A stretch of DNA of 64,000 nt, taken from contig CAZKJS010000002.1 in the NCBI GenBank assembly GCA_964553255.1, positions 31,734-95,733 on the forward strand, read 5' to 3'. The stretch comes from an uncultured Erysipelotrichaceae bacterium (GTDB lineage: Bacteria; Bacillota_I; Bacilli_A; Erysipelotrichales; Erysipelotrichaceae). Under the pieces are notes generated by a model. That model had not been told where the DNA came from, made no database searches, and was given only the letters and a program-made list of their open reading frames with translations. Shown in pieces: positions 58,871 through 64,000 of the stretch; position 1 is the first letter of the stretch; every line of letters begins with the position of its first letter. The position numbers and the translations under genes were made by a program.

Positions 58871-59569
58871 ATGAACGCAATAGTAGAAAAACTATTGGGA
58901 AAAATCATAATTTCTTGTCAAGCATACGAAGACACTCCTCTATTTGGATCTGAAAATATGAAGATCATGGCACAAAGTGCATTGTTGGGAGGTGCCTCCG
59001 GCATTAGAGCCTGCTGGCCTCAAGATGTTCGTGCTATAAGAGAATTGGGAGATTTTCCAATCATTGGTATAAACAAGATATTTAATCCAAATTTAGATAC
59101 AAAAGACTATATTTTTATCACTCCTACATTAGAGTTAGCTTCAGAAGTTATTGAAGCAGGAGCAGATATTGTAGCTCTTGATTGTACAATCAGACCATTT
59201 CGTGATAAAGAAGCTTTATACAAGTTATTAAAATCAATAAAAGAAAAACATCCAGAAATAGCTATTATGGCTGATATTAGAACAATTGAAGAGGGCGTGT
59301 TTGTTGCTGAGACAGGTTTAGTTGATATCGTAGCTACCACTCTTTCAAGTTCAGCAATGGATGAACCTAAGGTTGATGATGAGCTTGTTAAAGAATTGAA
59401 AAAGAGAATAAATGTACCAATAAACGCTGAGGGAGCTATTTGGGATTTATATGATCTACAAAAAGTTATTGAAGCAGGTGCAGATATGATCACAATTGGT
59501 ACAGCTGTAACCAGACCACATTTAGTTACCGAAAGATTTGTGAATTTTAATCATAAACTGAGAGGATGA
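58871..59569 (+). CDS. nanE: N-acetylmannosamine-6-phosphate 2-epimerase
   Basis: Blocks shared with E. coli NanE as I recall it: IISCQA, PIIGI, GADIVALDCT, TTLSS, NAEG, ITIGTAVTRP. The ATG at 58871 lies 2 nt after the EIID stop; the track start at 58790 is rejected. Confidence 0.88.
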   Translation: MNAIVEKLLGKIIISCQAYEDTPLFGSENMKIMAQSALLGGASGIRACWPQDVRAIRELGDFPIIGINKIFNPNLDTKDYIFITPTLELASEVIEAGADIVALDCTIRPFRDKEALYKLLKSIKEKHPEIAIMADIRTIEEGVFVAETGLVDIVATTLSSSAMDEPKVDDELVKELKKRINVPINAEGAIWDLYDLQKVIEAGADMITIGTAVTRPHLVTERFVNFNHKLRG

Positions 59570-59584
59570 TTTCCTCTCAGTTTC
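59558..59584 (+). terminator. stem-loop after nanE
   Basis: Perfect 9-bp stem: ctgagagga (59558-59566) with tcctctcag (59572-59580). The T-tract (tttctt) is weak. Confidence 0.5.
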
Positions 59585-59594
59585 TTGGAGGATT

Positions 59595-60116
59595 ATGAAA
59601 AACTTTAATTACAACTTCAAACTTACTGAAGAAGAGTACTTAGAATATCTAAGATATGTTGTTTCATTTACTAAAGGAAGCAAGATTAGAAATCTTTGGT
59701 TACGTTTTAGTATTCCACTTTTAGTGGTTTTAACATTGTTTTACTTTAGGGAATATTTAACATATTTTCATATAATGATTGGCATGGCAATAGCACTTTT
59801 TTGGTTTTTTAATTTTAGTAGTAAGATCATTAATAGTTTTCTTCATAAAAAAATTGATAGAAGTTTTAAAGCTAATTTTAAGATAAAAGAATTTAGTACT
59901 GTTAATACTTTGATCAATGATGATTGTATAATTTTAGACAAGAAAAAAATCGATTACCCTTCAATAAGTAATTTAATGACCTTAACAAGTTCGTTGGCAA
60001 TATTTTATGATTTCGATAAAGCCTTTATTATTCCATATCGTGTTATTGGTGATAAGGATAAATTAAATGAACTTGTAAGTTATATCGATGATAAACGAAA
60101 AATTGATGATGAATAA
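59595..60116 (+). CDS. hypothetical membrane protein (two central TM helices; YcxB-like architecture)
   Basis: 173 aa with a good RBS (GGAGGATT ATG). Hydrophobic segments FSIPLLVVLTLFYF and IMIGMAIALFWFF. No catalytic motif. Confidence 0.5.
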   Translation: MKNFNYNFKLTEEEYLEYLRYVVSFTKGSKIRNLWLRFSIPLLVVLTLFYFREYLTYFHIMIGMAIALFWFFNFSSKIINSFLHKKIDRSFKANFKIKEFSTVNTLINDDCIILDKKKIDYPSISNLMTLTSSLAIFYDFDKAFIIPYRVIGDKDKLNELVSYIDDKRKIDDE

Positions 60117-60302
60117 CTTGAAGAAGTAGGTGCTATTAGGCATCAAATTGGCTAAAAGTGTTAAATTAAACAAAAAAATGCTATGATATCTATGTATTAG
60201 TTTATCAATGAACTGAGGATGTTATATGTTGATTAGACACTATGCCGTAAATATTGATGTAAATGAAAGTAGTATAAGCGAATTATAAAGTAGCAAGAAT
60301 TA

Positions 60303-61166
60303 TTGCGTAAAAAAGGAATAATACTTGCATTTACATCATCGTTGATTTATGGCTTTATACCAATACTAAGCATATATGCGTATGCCGAAGGGAGCGATCC
60401 CTTTTCTTTGGTGTTTCTTAACACATTGATAGTAATGCCTTTGATCGTAGTCATAGCTTACTTAAAAAAAGCGAGTTTAAAAACATCGTGGGAAGAATTA
60501 TCAAAAATATCACTAGTAAGTATCGTCAATTTACTTACTAATATACTATTATCGATCAGTTATGTTTATATAGGAGCGGGTACTGCTACCTCACTACATT
60601 TCTTTTATCCCGTTTTAGTTGTTTTGATAATTAGGATAATCTATGGTACAAAGATATCCAATAAACAAAGAGTTGCTTTGTTTATTGGTATTATTGGGGT
60701 ACTGCTTTTTATGGATGTATATGATATTAATCGTATTATTGGGGTAACCACGGCTTTAGCTAGTGGTTTAACATATGCCTTATATATTGTATGGATAGAG
60801 AAGATGCAGTTGATAAAGATTAATAGTGCAAGATTGATATTTTATTTGTCTCTTACATCAATTGTTTATATGTTGTTATTCAACTTACTTAGAATTGATA
60901 TGTTTACGATCAACCTTGATATAAGCTTATTAGGTTATTTCTATATACTTCTTATAGGTATTTTGATTTATGTATTTGCGATGGCTTTTGTTGTGACTGG
61001 AACTAAACTTTTAGGTAGTGTAACTATCAGTATGATTAGTTTATTTGAGCCTGTTTCTTCAGTAGTGTTTGGCTTTCTATTACTTAATGAGTATGTTTCG
61101 ATAACTAACATTATTGGTTGTGCCTTGATAATAATCTCTATCATTAAGTTAATGAGAACTAAATGA
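60303..61166 (+). CDS. EamA/DMT-family transporter
   Basis: 287 aa, about 10 TM, two EamA-like halves. TTG start without a clear SD, so the start is uncertain. Confidence 0.75.
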   Translation: MRKKGIILAFTSSLIYGFIPILSIYAYAEGSDPFSLVFLNTLIVMPLIVVIAYLKKASLKTSWEELSKISLVSIVNLLTNILLSISYVYIGAGTATSLHFFYPVLVVLIIRIIYGTKISNKQRVALFIGIIGVLLFMDVYDINRIIGVTTALASGLTYALYIVWIEKMQLIKINSARLIFYLSLTSIVYMLLFNLLRIDMFTINLDISLLGYFYILLIGILIYVFAMAFVVTGTKLLGSVTISMISLFEPVSSVVFGFLLLNEYVSITNIIGCALIIISIIKLMRTK

Positions 61167-61225
61167 TCAATATGTTAAAATAGAATTAACAGAATATTAA
61201 ACTCATCATAATGAAAGGAAGTAAT

Positions 61226-62065
61226 ATGGAAGAAGGCAAATACGATAGCTTGAATAAGCGCAACATCAAACTGGATGGTACTAACAATTTCCGCGATTTA
61301 GGTGGGTATATTGGTCACAATGGTAAAATAGTAAGGTTTACACAATTGTTTCGCTCTGATGCCTTGCATAAGCTTTCAGATAAGGATATTGCTTGGCTAG
61401 AATCAATTGGCTTAAAGACAATCGTTGATTTTAGAAGTTCAAGTGAAATCGTCAATAATGAAGATAAAGAGATACTAGGAGCAAAGTATTATCATTTAAA
61501 TCCAAAAGCTGAAGTAGCACAAACAGCGAGTGCTTCTGTCTCTAATGATAGAAATAAGATTGAAAAGCTAGTAAGTATTGCAAATTCAGAAGAAGGAAAG
61601 AGTTATTTCGCTGAACACATTGATGATATGTCTAAACAAATGCGAAAACTTGTATCTGATCCTGATGCTATCACACAATATCAAAAAGTAATGGCTTTTC
61701 TAGTAGATAATAAGACACCGCTTGTGTTTCATTGTCGAGGTGGCAAAGATCGGACTGGTATCGCGGCGATGTTTATCTTACTAGCTCTTGGCGTATCAAA
61801 AGAACAAATATATGATGATTATCTATTTACTAATATCAATAATGAAAAGCGTAATGAAAAAAGAATGAATGACTATCGTAATCTCACCGATAATCATTTG
61901 GTATTAGATTACCTTTATAATCTTCAGTTGGCGAAACCTGAGTATCTTGACGCCGCATTTGATGAAATGCACAAAATGTCTGGTACAACTGATAACTACA
62001 TTAAAGAAGTACTGAAAGTCACAGATGAGCAATTAACTGAAATACGTGATCGATATCTAAAGTAA
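61226..62065 (+). CDS. protein-tyrosine phosphatase (Y_phosphatase3-like)
   Basis: NFRDLGG, FRSD and the CX5R active site HCRGGKDRTG. The ATG at 61226 follows AAAGGAAG. Confidence 0.85.
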   Translation: MEEGKYDSLNKRNIKLDGTNNFRDLGGYIGHNGKIVRFTQLFRSDALHKLSDKDIAWLESIGLKTIVDFRSSSEIVNNEDKEILGAKYYHLNPKAEVAQTASASVSNDRNKIEKLVSIANSEEGKSYFAEHIDDMSKQMRKLVSDPDAITQYQKVMAFLVDNKTPLVFHCRGGKDRTGIAAMFILLALGVSKEQIYDDYLFTNINNEKRNEKRMNDYRNLTDNHLVLDYLYNLQLAKPEYLDAAFDEMHKMSGTTDNYIKEVLKVTDEQLTEIRDRYLK

Positions 62066-62172
62066 AACATCATGCAATATTTTAATGAACACTATGGGCG
62101 ATATTTGGTTTGAAAGCGCCCTTGTTTGTGTTGTATAATTAGTACTTGATAAAGAAGTAAAAGGTAATAAAC

Positions 62173-62523
62173 ATGAATGATAATTTTGAACTGTACAACC
62201 TTAAGGTTGAAGTGATCGGCAGTGATAAACCAATGGTTTGTAAGCACAAAATTGGTGATTATTTCTTGGTTGTAGGAGAGGATATCATCTTCCCTGCAAA
62301 CAATAGTTTTTCATTGTATGCACTAAGTGCCATACTACCATTATTACCCGCTAAACAAAGAGAACTGCATCAAAATGATTGGATGTTATCAGATGCTCTA
62401 ATTGCTTGTCCTGATCCAAATTGTGGTGCAAGGTTTAAGATAACTCGTATCGGTAAACAAGAATTTAGTCACAAAGAATGTACAATAGTACCAATAGAAA
62501 AAGGAAGAAAAGATCATGATTGA
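62173..62523 (+). CDS. small Cys-containing protein, probably TIGR04076 family (function unknown)
   Basis: 116 aa. Its overall pattern (beta-rich start NLKVEVIG, VCKHKIGDYF, DW..., ACPDPNCGARFKITRI) resembles my recollection of TIGR04076 proteins. Unverified. Confidence 0.5.
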   Translation: MNDNFELYNLKVEVIGSDKPMVCKHKIGDYFLVVGEDIIFPANNSFSLYALSAILPLLPAKQRELHQNDWMLSDALIACPDPNCGARFKITRIGKQEFSHKECTIVPIEKGRKDHD

Positions 62524-63556
62524 ACGTTTTAACTTGACCAAAGATTATAGTATTAGCCGCGTTATCAACGGTTGTTGGCAACTATCTGCTGGTCATAGTC
62601 TTAAAACAACATTGGATGAAGAAGATATCATGAAAGCTTTTATCATGCTTGTAGAAAAAGGATTTACTACCTTTGACTGTGCTGATATATATACAGGTGC
62701 AGAAGAGTTCTTAGGAAGATTTTCAAAGCGTTTAAAAGAAACAACTTCAGTAACAAATGAAATCCAAATACATACAAAATATGTACCTGATAAAGATAAA
62801 TTAGCGACACTAACCTTTGAAGATACTAAAAGCATCATAACTAGAAGTCTAGCTAGATTAAATAGAGAGACTCTTGATTTAGTTCAGTTTCACTGGTGGG
62901 AATATGAGACTAACGGGATGCTTGAAACAATAGACCATCTTCAAAAATTAAAGGAAGAAGGATATCTGAGGCACATTGCTTTAACTAACTTTGATACTAA
63001 ACATATTGATATGATAGTTAAAAAAGGGATTGATATCGTTTCATGTCAAACGCAGTATTCGTTACTAGATCGTCGACCTGAAAAAGGCTTCATTAATTAT
63101 TGTAGGGATCATAATATAGCACAATTATGTTATGGAACATTAGCTGGTGGTCTTATTAGTGAAAAACATATTGGTGATTATGATATTGATCCAGATAATA
63201 GATCGCAGATTAAATATCTACAAGTCATAAAAGAAGGAATGGGTATTGATAACTTCCAGAAATTATTAATTATTCTAAATAACATCGCTATTAAACATAA
63301 TGTCGAGATTGCCCAGGTTGCAGTTAGATATATCCTTGATCAATCGGGGGTTGGTGCTGTTATCATTGGCACTAGAAATTCACGACATGTACAAGCCAAT
63401 GAAAAGATCTTCAGTTTTAAACTTGACCAAGAAGATATAAAGACTATCAAATTATTTTTAGCTAATGTAAAAATATTAGCTGGGGATTGTTTTGAATTGG
63501 AAAGAGATGATCCGATGTTTAAAAGCATCATTAAGACCAATCTAAACGCTAATTAA
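62516..63556 (+). CDS. aldo/keto reductase
   Basis: FDCADIY (catalytic Asp/Tyr), HTKY (Lys), QFHWW (His). 346 aa. The ATG overlaps the upstream stop (ATGATTGA). Confidence 0.9.
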   Translation: MIERFNLTKDYSISRVINGCWQLSAGHSLKTTLDEEDIMKAFIMLVEKGFTTFDCADIYTGAEEFLGRFSKRLKETTSVTNEIQIHTKYVPDKDKLATLTFEDTKSIITRSLARLNRETLDLVQFHWWEYETNGMLETIDHLQKLKEEGYLRHIALTNFDTKHIDMIVKKGIDIVSCQTQYSLLDRRPEKGFINYCRDHNIAQLCYGTLAGGLISEKHIGDYDIDPDNRSQIKYLQVIKEGMGIDNFQKLLIILNNIAIKHNVEIAQVAVRYILDQSGVGAVIIGTRNSRHVQANEKIFSFKLDQEDIKTIKLFLANVKILAGDCFELERDDPMFKSIIKTNLNAN

Positions 63557-63575
63557 ATACATAAGGAGTAATATC

Positions 63576-64000
63576 TTGGATAAACTAAATAAAAACGAAT
63601 TAAAAGCTAAGATCATAAGTAAGGTAGATGAAGAATACGCAATGTCATTTTTAAGGTCTTTGGTAAGATTACCAAGTGCTTTTAAAGAACCAACTCTAGC
63701 ACAAGAGTTAGTACTTGAAAAGCTTACTAATATGAACTTTGATGTTGATAAGTTTGATCCAAGTTTTGAAGGACTCAAAGACTTGGCTGATTTTTGTCCT
63801 TTACCACCAGGGGTAGCATTAAGCAATGGTGCATATAACCTAGTTGGTAAGAAAAAAACTATTACCAATAAAGCCAGATCATTAATGTTATTCTCACATA
63901 TCGATACGGAAGAACGAAAAGATGAAAAGGAGTTATTAGGCTTAATTGATGGTGATAAGTTTTATGGACTTGGTGCAGCTGATGCGAAAAGTGGTATTGC
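63576..64000 (+). CDS. M20-family metallopeptidase (ArgE/DapE/ACY1-like), N-terminal part, continues beyond the window
   Basis: Own translation from TTG 63576 (AAGGAG 7 nt upstream): MDKLNKNELKAKII...SLMLFSHIDTEE...FYGLGAADAKSGI, carrying the HxD and GxGxxDxK metal-ligand motifs. The frame is open to the window end. Confidence 0.8.
   Translation, partial: MDKLNKNELKAKIISKVDEEYAMSFLRSLVRLPSAFKEPTLAQELVLEKLTNMNFDVDKFDPSFEGLKDLADFCPLPPGVALSNGAYNLVGKKKTITNKARSLMLFSHIDTEERKDEKELLGLIDGDKFYGLGAADAKSGI

Noticed and set aside
60226-60288. 20-codon ORF (MLIRHYAVNIDVNESSISEL) with a GAGGA SD in the 186-bp gap upstream of the EamA transporter. It was considered as a possible leader peptide, and the gap as a possible riboswitch.
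   Set aside because: There is no recognisable riboswitch core, no terminator/antiterminator alternative and no conservation evidence. An ORF this short is expected by chance.
63542-63868. 108-aa minus-strand ORF at the right end.
   Set aside because: The plus strand encodes an M20 peptidase with metal-ligand motifs and a good SD. The minus ORF is its shadow.

Overview
Low-GC, Firmicutes-type chromosomal segment centred on the replication origin. Left arm, minus strand: gyrA (cut by the window edge), gyrB, recF, yaaA, dnaN, dnaA. DnaA-box clusters flank dnaA on both sides (6860-7006 and about 8440-8630). Right arm, plus strand: rpmH, rnpA, yidC, jag, then housekeeping blocks: pth-mfd-S4-divIC-like-M23 peptidase, gpmI, tmk-holB-ricT-rsmI, T-box-metG, and mnmG-rsmG-noc-soj-spo0J. 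These are interleaved with transport and accessory operons. They include an ABC-2 exporter pair and a head-on OpuC-type osmolyte ABC operon with a BusR-like GntR/TrkA_C regulator. Also head-on are pstSCAB-phoU-phoPR and a YtrA-type GntR-ABC module with a 722-aa permease. Further right are a cellobiose-type PTS/GH1 operon with a divergent LicR-type regulator that appears split, and an RpiR-mannose-family PTS-nanE locus. The right end carries an EamA transporter, a Tyr phosphatase and a TIGR04076-like/aldo-keto reductase/M20 peptidase cluster. I recognised no rRNA, tRNA, CRISPR array, transposase, integrase, phage or toxin-antitoxin genes. I did not find a convincing, wholly new multi-gene system; this reads as an ordinary origin-proximal core region. 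The items most worth a second look are the bipartite oriC architecture, the BusR-like/OpuC c-di-AMP candidate module, the split PRD regulator, the YtrA-type module with its unusual permease, the EIIA-less ManNAc PTS locus and the uncharacterised TIGR04076-like cluster. All functional calls rest on my own reading of motifs in the supplied translations. No database search was run.
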